The notes beneath the pieces were generated by a model, which was not told where the DNA came from, searched no databases, and saw only the letters and a program-made list of their open reading frames with translations. DNA of 64,000 bases from NCBI GenBank assembly GCA_043228905.1, contig JBHGNT010000017.1, positions 5,208,001 to 5,272,000 on the forward strand, given 5' to 3'. Position numbers and translations under genes: made by a program. Below are positions 11,059 through 23,778 of the stretch, in pieces (the stretch's first letter is position 1; each line of letters starts with the position of its first letter). Origin of the DNA: Azolla caroliniana (taxonomy: Eukaryota > Plantae > Polypodiophyta).

Positions 11059-12973
11059 ATGAAGACGTCGTCGCATCCGGTTATACTCGGGGAACCGTAC
11101 ATCACGGCAGCACGGATGGAGACAAAGGTGTTGGACAACGGTTCGGCGTATGCACGGGTCCAAAGCCAGGATGGGCGTCACTCGGTCCAGTTCCTAACGG
11201 TGCGACCGAACCATGAGCGTAATCGCGAGACCCTCGGTGGCGAAACCCGAGGGGATTTTTAGAGAGGGCTATCAAGGCGTGGGGCCACGATAGTCTGGAC
11301 ACCCCGGAAAAACCCCATAGATGAACTATAGGCAAAAAGACTTGTACAATAGGTAGAAAATTTTGGTTCACCGATAGCGGAGGTTGTACGATAGCTGGCG
11401 TAGTTGGCTGGGAAAAGAAGCGGGCGGAGGTGCGACTTCGGGCATGTGGAGTCCTCGGCCCAGAAGAGGAAATCAACGGAGTCGTGGAGGCAGTCTCTTT
11501 CGACGACACCTTAGGGAAGTTACGGGAGGTGTTCGGAGAAGGCCTTAATGAGGACCGGACAATTCCGGTATGTTCAGAAAAGATGTACGAAGTCATCGCC
11601 GACTTCGGTAATGGATTCGAGTCGGATTGGACGGCCCGAGTGGATACGAAGTACAAGATTGTGGACCGGAAGGTGAGGCCAGTCACGGCACCCTTGCCGG
11701 AGGGCAGCGAGTTACGGATAAAGGGGGTCGCGTCAGACCCGAGTTTACGAGATTCAGCCAACATAGGACACACGTTCACCGACATAACACTACGGGAGCT
11801 CAAGATCGGTGGGGGTGGCTTTCTACTGATGGCGGAAGAGAACCGGTTTCGGAGAATGCTCAGGAGGCACGGGAAGGCTTTCGCGTTCTCACCGGAGGAG
11901 ATCGGGTGCATAGACTCGACGGTTGTGGAACCAATGGTGATCTTCACGGTACCGCATGTGCTGTGAAATCTCAAACCAATTCCGGTACCCAGAGCTCACA
12001 TCCCGAAGCTAATGGAGCTGCTGAAACACAAGATGGAAATGGGCATCCTCGAACCATCAAATGCCCCATATTCGAATCGATGGTTTACAGTGCCAAAGAA
12101 GAACGACACTCTACGCTTCATACTGGACCTGCAGCCGGTTAACAAGGTTACCATTCGAAACGCAGGTATCAGACCGACCATTGATGAGTTCGCGGAGGCC
12201 TTCGCAAGGAGGTCGATCTACTCGGTCGGGGATTTGTACTCCAGGTACGATCAGTTCCAACTAGTCGTACAGAGCAGGGATGTCACGACGATGCGGACTC
12301 CTCTCAGCCTAGTTCAGATGTGTACCCTACCGCAAGGGGGAACGAACTCGGTGGCGAACATGGTGAATGTGATGAACAAGGTGTTGAGGGACTACATCCC
12401 GGACATCACCATCTCGTTTCTGGACGACATCCCGATCAAAGGATGTCTGGTGGAGGACAAAGACGAATCGATCGGGCCTGACGGTTGCCGAAGGTTCATG
12501 ACGGATCACATCCGCGACTGCGAGAAGGTGCTATAAAGACTCGAGAGCGTGTCGCTCACCTTCTCTAGAGAAAAGTCAGCCTTTGGACATCCGGAGATCT
12601 TGGTAGTCGGACACCTGTGCGGGCCTTACGGCCGAAAGCCGTCCCCGGCGAAGGTAGAAGCCATCTCCGCGATGAAGGACAATTGCGGATCGGTCACGGA
12701 GGTCTGAAGGATCCTTGAGGCATGTGTGTTCTATCACATTTGGATTCCGCACTATGCGCATGTTGCGGAACCGCTTTATGGGTTATTAAAGAAAGGGCGT
12801 CGGTTCGAATGGAGGACGGAGCACACGGAGTCGATCTGGAGACTGAAGGAGGCGCTCGCTGTGGCACCGGATCTCCGGAAAGCGGTTTACAGCAAGGAAG
12901 TTGCCATTTACGTGACGGTGGACACGAGCCTGACTAGGATCGGGTGGGTGATCAACCAGGAAGACGAGGACGG

Positions 12974-13502
12974 TGTCGCATTGTTACGCGCGTGCGTGTA
13001 GAAGGGGCGGGACCACGGGGGTCTTGGACTAGGGAGCAGACGAGAAAGAATAAGATATGTTTGGAAGTTTAGCTCAAGAGGAGAAGAAGAAAGAATAAGA
13101 TCACGACATAGAAGGAGAGATTGACGGAGGTAAGATACTCAACAAGATATATTAAAGCAAATGAATGATTACAACAATGGTGGCCACATGGGCCGCACCA
13201 AACGACTATGAGAAAACCCTAACTGAGGATGAATAAGGAAACCCTAAACGAAACCCTAACCCTAAAATGGTAAGAACTCTAGACTAAGTGGTATACCTTT
13301 CATACGCAAAATAGGCAACAACTTCATAAGTGACCCCTCCCTTCCTTTTATAGCCCAAGGAGGGAGGGACCTTACAATGTGGGATAAAATTTCCCCTCTT
13401 ATTTCTACACACCATTTCCTAGTATACATGTGCACATGTTGCACACCACCAACTTGCCCATTCCACCCCAGTTTCCGCCTATGGATGAAAATCTTCACGA
13501 CA
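12974..13502 (-). mobile_element. Solo LTR of the F/G gypsy family (529 bp), 4-bp TSD ACGG/ACAG
   Basis: TGTCGCA...TCACGACA; removing it restores DEDGIRFPI in the RNase H of F. Confidence 0.87.
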
Positions 13503-15338
13503 ACAGCATACGGTTCCCGATCTAGTTCGGGGCAAAGGTATTGAGCGAGCGGCAGCGAGGATACGCCCAAAATAAGCGCGAGCTATGGGGTATCGTTTCG
13601 GTAGTCAAGGCCGAGAAGGACTATCTGATCGGGACAGAAGTGATCATCGAGACGGACTGCCTATCGATTCTGGGTATGGTTTCAGGACCTGGCGATGCTT
13701 AGGTGGATTGCGTACATCGTCCCTAAACCCGGAGATACGACACATCTCTGGAAAGGATAACGCCATGGCCGATAGGCTTTCAAGGGCGCGGTTGAGCGAC
13801 GAGGACAACATGGTTTCGGAAAACGAAGCAGTCGGCGAGGACATCTTCGGGTCAGCTAACATAACAACAAGAAAGGGGAGCACTCCGGTGCTTAACGAAT
13901 TCGACGAGAGCATGTACGACGGGAAGTGGCTCCAGATCGGCGGGTTCCTGAAGACAATGATACCGGACACGGCGTGGATGAAGGAAGAGACCAACCGGAT
14001 TCGGAAGAAAGCGTACCGATTCTTCCTACGGGAAGGGAGCATATGGAAGCACCCAAAGAAGAGAAACGACATCCCGCTCCGAGTGGTGGCGAAGAAAGAG
14101 GAACAGGAAGAATTGCTAACGACATACCACGAGAGTCCCTAGGCCGGGCACTGTGGGACTTGGGCCACATTCTAGAAGCTAAAGGGGAAGTACTGGTGGT
14201 CGGGACTATACCGAGACGTGCATCGGTTCGTGACGACTTGCGAAAGCTGTCAGGTGCACTCCATAGTCCAACATCGGGACGAGCTTCACCCGACCTACCC
14301 TCTGACCGTCCACTTCAAGTGGATGATGGATCTCGTGACGATGTCGATGGGGGTAGGGCAGAAGCGGTATCTGGTGCTGGCTCAAGAGGACCTGACGAAC
14401 CAGGTGGAAGGCCGAGCATTGAAGAACAAAACAACCGCGGTCGTGTGCCAATTTCTGATCGAAGAAGTGGTATGTCGGTATGGGTGCGTAGGTAAGATCG
14501 TGGCCGACCGTGGAGAATTGGACGTGCAAGAGGCGGAAGAGTTGTTTGACCGGCTAGGGATTAAACTCTCGCTCACCACGGCATACAATCCGGAGGCTAA
14601 CAGGAAGGTGGAACGTGGACACGGGTCGATTGTCAAAGCGTTAGTATGGGCATGCGTCGGCCAAGTTGGGAACTGGCCGCGACTCTTACTCTATGGGTTG
14701 TGGGCGGACCGAACTACGCACAGTTCGATAACTGGGTTCATGTTGGCAGAGCTAATGTATGGGCAGAAGCCAGTCATGCCAACGGAGCAGACAATCTCCT
14801 CATGGGCCACGGTGGACTGGAAAGACGAGATGAGCCGGGAGGATCTGTTAGCGGTGCGGATTCGGCAACTAGAGCGAAGACCGGAGGACATGGACGGGGC
14901 CACGGAGAAGCTACGGGTGGCGAGGGTAAAGAACAAAGGACGGTTCAACCGGACTCACTGACTGAGACCGAAGAAGATCGAGGAAGGTGACTGGGTTCTA
15001 GTGTATGACAGCAGCCTCGACAACCAGCACCAGGCAATGCAGAAGTTTGCTAGAAGGTGGTTCGGGCCTTATGTGGTGACAAGCGCCAACAACAATGGAA
15101 CCTGCCATCTCACGGAGCTCGATGGGACAAGGATGGCGGTACTGGTGGCGGGGAAGAGGATCAAAGCATTCAAAAAGCAGCACGAGGCTGAACCGGACCC
15201 GGACGACCAGGATAGCAACAACGACCGGCTCGGAATGGATGTCGGTCCGCAAGACAAAGGATGAGCATCGGCCGGTCTTCTCCAGCAAGAGTCTAAATTT
15301 GGCGCATACCGGTGGATGCGCGGTTAGGTAGGGGCGGA

Positions 15339-16000
15339 TGTCATGGAGAAAACCGTCCCGAGGCGGAAATCGGGTATAACGTGCATAAACCGGCCCTTAC
15401 ACGTGGGCACAAGTTTTGTGGTATAGCACATAGAAAGGTACAAGTCAACTGAGGTGAAATCCTAGGTAGCACGCATTCATTAGGGAGAGAATTGAGGCGT
15501 ATCCCTATCCGAAAGGACCGGGAATAAACATGATGTAACGGGTGATAACGGCCTCCCTCCTTGGGCTATAAAAGAGAGGGAGAGGTATTCACCAAAGGGG
15601 ATCGCGTTTTGTAGAGGACGAACTGCTGCCGGACTGGAACCGAGCTCTTCTCCTCTGTCTTCTCCTTCGTCGTTCTGTGCAGGTTTCAGGAGGCTGACTC
15701 TGCTCCGCGAAACGCCCGAGTGCTTCCTGCAAGAGTCTCCTTTTCGCGTTCTGAGTGTGTGTGTGAGAGAAGGCGTCGGAGCCTATCACTCGCCGGTTGT
15801 AACTCCTTGACTTATATATACATTTACATTTGTTCTGTCTCTATTGTTCCGAGTTAGCGGCAACTCCTGTGAATGTGCGTGCTTGTGCGCGTGCGAAGTA
15901 CATCGGGAGTTTCCTTCCCCTCTTCTCATTCGGTTATTTCTCAGTCCAAGGCCCCCGTGATCCCGCCTCGTTCTCCACGCACACGCGTAACAACGCGACA
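15339..16000 (+). repeat. 3' LTR of element F (662 bp)
   Basis: TGTCATGG...CGCGACA; TATAAAA near 15567; conserved family end motif CCCCCGTG(A/G)TCCCG. Confidence 0.88.
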
Positions 16001-18179
16001 ACGGCCTCGTGGTTTTCACACCGATACGGCCATGTTATGTGTACCGATTTATGCACCCAGTCTACGCAGTGGGTTACGCATCGTATTACACACGAATGTT
16101 GAGCTTGTTTCTCAACAACGACTCTCACAAGACACTTAATTTTTTTGGATAAATATAGTGGCCATGATAGTCCCCAACGAGAGTAAGTTGTCAGGTAACT
16201 CATGTATATTTGAAAGAACCAAGAGACGAGTGGTTCTTCACATCATCTGTTATTTGGTAGAAATAACGAAGAGATTTAGTGAAGAGGATCATATGGATAT
16301 TATATGTAGAGTGTTACACCATCAACGTTTGAATGAAGACATGGGGAGAATAAAATTTAGGGACCAATGGGTTTCAGAAGAGATTGTAGAGTCTATGAAG
16401 TCATCCCTAGACTTGGTGAAAGGTGTAGAGAGCATAGACAAACTTGCTGCAAAGAGGGCAGCCCTAGACATGGTTGTGAACGGTGCGAGAGAAAAAAAAA
16501 AATAGTGATACTAAAGTTGCCTTAGCCCTAGGTATTCAAAGAAGGAACATGAGGAAACATCATCGAAATATACACTCAAGCCAATTCAAGAGGTTGGGGT
16601 TGTGATGTAGACAATGATGTGATGCCTTGTCTCGATAGATTATTGAGAAAGTGGATTAGTTTTCGGCAAAAAATACGTGTGTCTCACCAATAAGAAGGAC
16701 GTGTGTAGACAACGAATAAGTCGGGGTAAGTACCAGATTCACCCTAGACACTTCTTGGAGATGACTGAGGTATTCCATTTTTTTATATCAATTCACATTC
16801 CATAAATTTTTGTTTTGACCAAGTGTATATTAATGTTTGCTATATATTGGTTGATGTAGGTTGAATTGTACATGAACTTTAAAGACCAACATCGAAGCAT
16901 GACTATTGAATTTTGTAAGTTCCAAGGTTTGAAACCATATTATGTTAGAAAATTAACTGAGAGAAATACATGTTGTTGTGTGTACCACGTGAAGATGAAC
17001 ATGTTAAGGTTTGGAGCGAATGCAATGCGTACTGATTCTAAGGGTATACACGGGGAATTATGTGTCTGCACTTGTGAGGTTTGTAGACCAAATGGGGAGG
17101 ATAATAGGTGTAATGCACGACAAATGACTTATGCATCCGTTTCTGAGTTATGGAGGTCTTGTGTTTGTGAAAAAGAACCATCTTGTGAGTGGCATTGTCG
17201 TACATGTCTTTTAAGAACATGTAAGGTTTGTCCGCTACCATTATTTTGTAGACAGGAGCTTGATTTGACAAACAGTCATATTGTGAAATGGAAATATTTA
17301 GAGTATGTGACTGAAAATATTGGCAAGGGACTTGTTAGTAAGCGTATCAACGAAGTATATAAGGAGACATGTATTGCTACCCTTGTCTCCGAATTTAAGA
17401 AACAACTTGGGGAGTTCATTCCACATAACTTCCGGAGTTATTGGCAAAATTCATAGTTCAAGGAATTTATGAATAACTTGCCACAAGGTGTCATCGTATC
17501 CGTTATTGACTTTGCAGAAAACTATACATTTAAAGTTAAAAATGAGGTTCAATCAATGCATTGGTACAATGATCAATGTATGATACTTGTACATATTTGG
17601 TATTGGAGATAAGATGGTGAGTTACATAAGAAATCAATATTTTACATTTCAGATGATAAAAAGCATGATACACTATTTGTTCAACATTGTTTTAAGCTTC
17701 ACCATGCAAATTTATTGTCTCTAACTGCCATTGGGTTTAGCTTTAACCGCCATTGGGTTTGGTCTAATGGTGTTGCTTTGTAGTTTAAGGCACCACGATC
17801 ATTCTACTTTATCACCAGGTAATTTTTAATCCATATATTTAGTACTTATAATGCAATGTGGAAGGAAGTAATTCTTGTGTAAGTGCTCATCCTTCATGTG
17901 AATCAGTACTACTTGTTGGGTTCAAAGTTTACATCTTAATATTGTACTCCCTATTGCGTTTGTAGTTATTGTCTACACACTCACTATTTTAGTATTCTTG
18001 CAAGACAAGTGGGTATTCTCCTATCATGTCACCTCCAACTTAGTTTTGTCTGCCCTTCTGCATCAAAAAACTCTTTTCAGCTACATAAAAAACTATTGAT
18101 AGACAACACAGTACTATTCAAACGGATGCATGCATACTAATTATGCTTGTAACTATGTTAAGTGTTCTTGATTGATCAC

Positions 18180-18740
18180 ATAGTACTATCCTTTCACGTG
18201 AATCCGTGTTTATTATCTTTTAATCCATGTAGAGTGTTCTCCATAGATACATTGTATTGTGTTGTATGTTGTATCTGTACTAAATCAATAGAGTGTTGAA
18301 GGATGTAAGTATTTGTTTTGTATCATAGTATTGTTCGTTCTTGAGAGTTTGTACTAATTATCTTTTAATCCATGTTGAGAGTTCTCCATGAGCACATTGT
18401 ATTGTATTGTGTGTTGTATATGTACTAAATCAGTATTAATGGATGTAAAGTACTCGTCATCAACAACATAGTATTGTCCAATATTGAAGAGTTTGTACTA
18501 ATTATCTTTTAATACATGTAGAGTGTTCTCCATGAACACATTGTACTATGCTTTGTGTTGTATACGTACTAAATTAGTATTAATGGATGTTAAGTATTGT
18601 TGGTTGACAACATAGTACTATTTATCTTTTAATCGGTTTAGAGTGTTCTCCATGGATACATTGTACTATTCTTTGTTTTGTATTTGTACTAAATCAGTAT
18701 TAATGGATATATAGTACTCTCGATTGACAACATAGTACTA
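18180..18740. repeat. Degenerate AT-rich tandem repeat (~120-145 bp units, ~4 copies) in the transposase intron
   Basis: Recurring TTATCTTTTAATCCATGTAGAGTGTTCTCCAT-like motif near 18215, 18361, 18504 and 18625. Confidence 0.8.
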
Positions 18741-18835
18741 ATATTTGTTGGAAACCTGGGATACAAAAGCAGTTACTTCTCCCTATTCAACATTCGTATG
18801 CAATGGAACTACTTCAGGTCTGGACATGGAAAATG

Positions 18836-19407
18836 AGAGCATCATGACGCGGGGGCTGTGATCAAACATGCTCTTACAAGTGAGCAGTTGGATACTAATG
18901 ATGCTAAGTTACAAAATGCACATGATATTGTGGAGTGGCTAACATGGAAGATGTCAAATGATGGTAAGAACAGATTGTTTGTTGAGGTTCACGCTGATGA
19001 GGTCGATAGAACTAAATCATATGGTTGTAAAACCATGAAAGGCACGCAACACCCATTGTGTATTAGGGTTTACCCGTAAGGATACAACACAATTGTACTC
19101 CGTACTTTATCATGCTTTTGTAGAGCATGATGACGCGGGGGCTGTGATCAAACGTGCTCTTACAAGTGAGCAATTGGATAGTAATGATGCTAAGTTACAA
19201 AATGCACATGATGTTGTGGAGTGGCTAACATGGAAGATGTCAAATGATGGTAAGAACATATTGTTTGTTGAGGTTTGCGCTAATGAGGTCGATAGAACTA
19301 AATCATATGGTTGTAAAACCGTGAAAGGTGCGCAACACCCATTGTGTATTAGGGTTTAGCCATAAGGACACAACACAATTGTACTCCGTACTTTATCATG
19401 CTTTTGT
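18836..19407 (+). repeat. 286-bp tandem duplication of a transposase exon segment
   Basis: Units start at 18836 and 19122; near-identical translations (AVIKxALTSEQLD...). Confidence 0.92.
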
Positions 19408-20289
19408 TCCATGTGTATAGATGAAGCTTGGGATGAAGGCATCAACCTATCAATTGTGAAGCCCTAGAAGCTGCAGAAGCTTGAGCTTGAACGACAAGAT
19501 GATATTGAAGAGAATGCACAATCAAATGATATTGTATACTACAACCAACGTCAAGACTTCGCAGTTTTATTGGAAGTGGGAGATCATTTTGCAGTGCTCA
19601 AATCTCCTCAGAATGAAGATTTAGAAGACTACTACATTGTGGTGTGCAAGCAAGGGAAGACATTATTGAAAGAAGTGGTGAGGGATGGCCGGGGCCACAT
19701 GTTCAACGTTCGTGAGTCTGTCATGTATGGAAACTATTACGCAAAGTTACCGCAGTGCAAGAACACATATGCATTACTAAAAGATGCACCCGCCGCATTA
19801 ATCTACGTTGCTGCCATTATTGGGATCAAGTTCAATATGACTCAAGCAAAGCACAAGCTTAAGGGATATAACACTGTCTACAAGGTCCCCCAAGAGGTTC
19901 ATGAGCATATATTGGGGGAGGTCTCTCTGTTTAATGCTTGAAAGGTGCCCTATTAATACATTGTAGTTGGCAATTGAAAAACATCCTCTTGTAGTTTACT
20001 ATTTGTATATTGTATCTAGATCGGTTATTAATTTTGATGATTGACAAGTGAATCAATATATTTCATCTTTCTTCTAAAGTGTTTAGAATAATTATTGAGC
20101 TTGTTTTGTAAGTGTTCAAGTTAATTATAGAGTTGCTTGTTTCTAGGGTTAAGGGTGTGAAGTCTTTATTTAAGTATCAATACTTAGTAGCATTAATATG
20201 GCCCTAGCTTATTCAAGTATCAATACCAGTAGTCTAATCCCTATTGTGTTAAGTCTTTATTCAACTCTGACTATGTCCCAAACTTATTA

Positions 20290-20920
20290 CAATATACATA
20301 TTAGTTTAGTACTAATGTGAATGTCAAATGTTCACTAATACATAATAGTCTCCCAACGTTTCTCAGTTAGACGAAAATAACATATGTCATTATAGTACTG
20401 ATATGAATGTCAAATGTTCACGGATACATACATCTTAGTTTAGTACTAATATGAATGTCAAATGTTCCCTAATACACTGAAGGAGATAGTATCTTATTTG
20501 AAATCAACACAATCATGGCGGCAGGACAATTGACAATAGAGTACATCCTCATTCTCTACAATTAGCAATATAGAATTTCACATTATGCTTACAACATTAG
20601 ATGAGTGAACTAGAGTCAATACAACATTTCACATTAGCAATTTAGACAGTATTTTGGTATTAAAAATAGTTCAAGTACAAACATCACTAACAGTTTAGCT
20701 GTAGTTCAACACAATCATGGCTGCATGACAATTGTCAATAGAATACATTCTCATTCTCTACAATTAGCAATATAGAATTTCACATTACGCTAACAACACT
20801 AAATGAGTGAACTGGAGTCAGTAGTAAGTACAACATCTCACATTAGCAATTTAGACAGTATTTTGGTATTACAAATAGTTCAATTACATACATCACTAAC
20901 AATTCAGCTGTAGTTCAAGT
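20290..20920. repeat. Tandem repeats between the convergent pseudogenes (3 short units, then 2 x ~202 bp)
   Basis: TGAATGTCAAATGTTC x3; CAACACAATCATGGC at ~20505 and ~20707. Confidence 0.8.
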
Positions 20921-20971
20921 ACAAACTTTTCAATTACAAACTTCTCAATAGAAAGACAATCAGGCACCATT

Positions 20972-22862
20972 TCACAATTTCGTTGATCTTGTAATGCGCT
21001 TGTTATTGGTGCCAATCTTTTGTGATTTTACATTCTTCTTTATCTTAAATCCTTTAGGTATCAACTTACTAAGTGGTACTTCATCATCAAAGGCATCAGA
21101 GACAGGGGTGGATGTATGGGCACCATGTATCAGTGGCAATCTTGAGAGAGCAACTGTGTTTTCTACAACTGCAATGCTTGTACACACATCCACAAAGGTA
21201 TTGTTGATAGTAAAATTATCACTCGTCTTGTTCTCCACATGTTGTTACTCCTGTATGTAGGCTATGGTAGTACTCATGGTCAACTCCTGGCTGGTGATGA
21301 TAGTCATCTCATTCATAAGACCACTGTGCTCCCCTTCCTGGGTGGTTTTTATTTCCCTGTCCTCATGGGTGATGCTAGTATGCTCGTTCTTAGTACAATT
21401 ATGCTCTTGTATGTGGGTTGTAGCAGTACTCATGGTGAACTCCTCTTGGATGGTGATAGTCACCTCATTCTTAAGACCACCATGCTCCCCTTATTGGGTG
21501 GTCTTTATTGCCCTATCCTCATGGGTGGTGCTAGTATGCAAATTCTTAGTACAATCAGGTTGTTGTATGTGGGCTTTGGCAATACTCATGGTCAACTCCT
21601 CTTGTACGGTGGTTGTCACCTCAGTCTTAAGACAACTGTGCTCCCCTTCTTGGGTGGTCTTTCTTGCCCGGTCCTCATGGGTGATGCAAGTATGCTCGTT
21701 CTCAATACAATCAACCTCATCTTCAGTACTAGTGATATCCTTTCCACACTCATCATGGGCTTCTTTAGACAAATTGTTGTTTGTACATTCCAACTTCTCT
21801 TCAAATATGAATGCTTCTCCTTCCTTCTTTTCACAGTCCTCACGTGTGGAAGATGTGCTTCTAGAGTCTGCCTCCGTGCAAAGGTTAGTCCCAGAATCTG
21901 ACTCTTCACTTGTGCTCCATATAGTTCCTGATTCGTTTGATTGCAGTTGGGAATCTGACTGCTCTTGTAAACCTAAATAATGGGATCCCAAAGAATATTA
22001 GTATCAAATCACATACTCAAAAGTTTGCAAACATACCAGCAACTATGAACATAGGAGGTTAATAGCCACATTTTAACCTATTGTTACTTCATCATATTGT
22101 ACAACCGTAGACAACCCATTGCAAGTGGTAGGGTCAATCATCTTCTCCACAACATCTAAGTGTTCATCAGATTTAGGGATGGTGCCAATCGCAGGTTGGA
22201 GCTCATTGTGAATAGAAGCTTTCATAATAGTATCTATAGAATGCACCAAAAGCGCCACTATAATAGGGTTGTTATGATCTAAATCATTGTTTTCTTAGAG
22301 GGCTTTTGACGTGTACCTGGGAGTGCACATAAATTCATCTTCATGATCAGGCTTTGGACTCGTATCTCCTCTCCTAAGATCATTTCGTCAACAACTAGTA
22401 ACACAAATACATGGTATTAGACAATGCATTAAGTTGACAACTCTCCAGATAGGTGAGAACATATATGACTCACCATTGCATTCAACTCTGCCTTTCTTGC
22501 CCTTTCCATACAACTTTCTTGCAACATTCCGCTTCTTAGTGGGCTCTTTTTTAAAGACATCAGGCATTCAACATACACACAAATGAGAAATAAGATGTGG
22601 AACCACAATTTGTGTTACCTGGATTGATGTGATGTTGACTAGAGCTTGGGGAATTTGTTTGCAGAAGCATATGTTCCAATGCTCCAATGACCCTTCTCAT
22701 ACATTCATCTTCATCATAAAACTCATAGGTTACTGGTAATGAAGGTCTCTGAACCTTGGAATGTGCAGCAGATACCGAGGGTTTAGGCACAAGAGCTGAT
22801 TGTTCCATTATCTTCCCTTGCGTGTAGTTGCTTGACACTACAACATTCATTGCAAGAAACAA
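20972..22862 (-). pseudogene. Unknown spliced gene remnant encoding a Thr/Glu/Ser-rich protein with ~44-aa repeats
   Basis: ORFs 21491-21991, 21245-21463 and 20972-21238 share one frame broken by two TAA; GT-AG intron 22077-21973 joins the upstream exon in frame; 5' extent uncertain. Confidence 0.55.
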
Positions 22863-22900
22863 AAAAAACCTTCAACGTTAGTACCGTGATATAAAAAATA

Positions 22901-23608
22901 TGACAGGAACTACACACTCCCGATGAACAACGCTCGGCCACAACCGAGCCTAGAATAAAACACAAAAAATAGGAAATGAAACACAACACGATAGAGAGAA
23001 TGTACAATAAGAAAGCATCGAGGCCACGACCTCGAGCTTACTATCTTCACCACATGCGGCGGTTACAATCAGAGGCGACGACCTCTTCCTCTCTCTCACT
23101 CTCTCTGTACACAGTTGCACACTCTAATCTTGCACCAACAAGAAATGACAACAACATCTCTAAGTTTGCCCTAAGTCATATTTATACTAATATAACTTTT
23201 CGGCTATTTACAAATATAGCCCTGATGGACTCTCAGAAAACATATTTACGATATGTCCCTTCATCCGGTGAGCACTTCTCACCGGGCCTTCATCATCCGG
23301 CTCTTGCCGGGTGTTCCTCATCCGGTTCTCACCGGGTCCTCCGTAGCCGGGTACTCCTCATCCGGCACTTGCCGGGTACACCACATCCGGTTCTCACCGG
23401 GTCTTCACCATCCGGCTCTTGTCGAGTACTCGTCATCCGGTTCTCACCGGGTCTTCCGTTGCCGAGTATTTGTCATCCGGTTCTCACCGGGTCTTCCGTA
23501 GCCAGGTAGTCCACATTCGGTTTCGGCCGAGGCCTATCGGCCTCGGCCGAGTTTACTCATCAGTACTGTTCTTCTCACTTCCCATCCGGAAGGATCTGTT
23601 TCCTAACA
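22901..23608 (-). mobile_element. Tork-like copia solo LTR (708 bp), TSD AAATA
   Basis: TGTTAGGA...CCTGTCA on the minus strand; AAATA at 22896-22900 and 23609-23613. Confidence 0.9.
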
Positions 23609-23778
23609 AAATACAATGTAGGTCACAAGAGTTGTACTACTAAATCATTAGGCTACACCTAGTTCCCATATTACACAACTAGTACTAATCGTGAACAATG
23701 TACTACAAGTATAGAACAATGTACTATACTAGTATTGGGCAAGTTGTAATATAGATTGGCCTAACATCTAATCCAACA

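Larger units (their letters stand above)
11059..16000 (+). mobile_element. Element F: decayed 5'-truncated Ty3/gypsy (end of PR, RT, RH, IN, PPT, 3' LTR)
   Basis: RT FLDDIPIKG, RH VTVDTS, IN WMMDLV/ADRGEL/AYNPEAN; PPT-like GGTAGGGGCGGA before the LTR; many stops. Confidence 0.92.
16158..19941 (+). pseudogene. Decayed intron-containing DNA transposase, Sola2-like
   Basis: Cys-rich region (TCCCVYH, CVC, CxxC), DFAENY at 17508-17525, ISDDKKHD, WVWSNG, WNYFRSGHGK*EH; GT-AG introns 16770-16859 and 17819-18772 join the frames; family call is from recalled motifs; no TIRs found; start approximate. Confidence 0.65.

Noticed and set aside
21239-21980. Hydrophobic + strand ORFs (220 and 238 aa) as membrane proteins
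   Set aside because: They are antisense shadows of the minus-strand repeat exon, which has the splice-site support.
23262-23505. CRISPR-like array (also 46360-46904 and 18180-18740)
   Set aside because: No unique spacers, no cas genes, eukaryotic TE context; these are tandem repeats.
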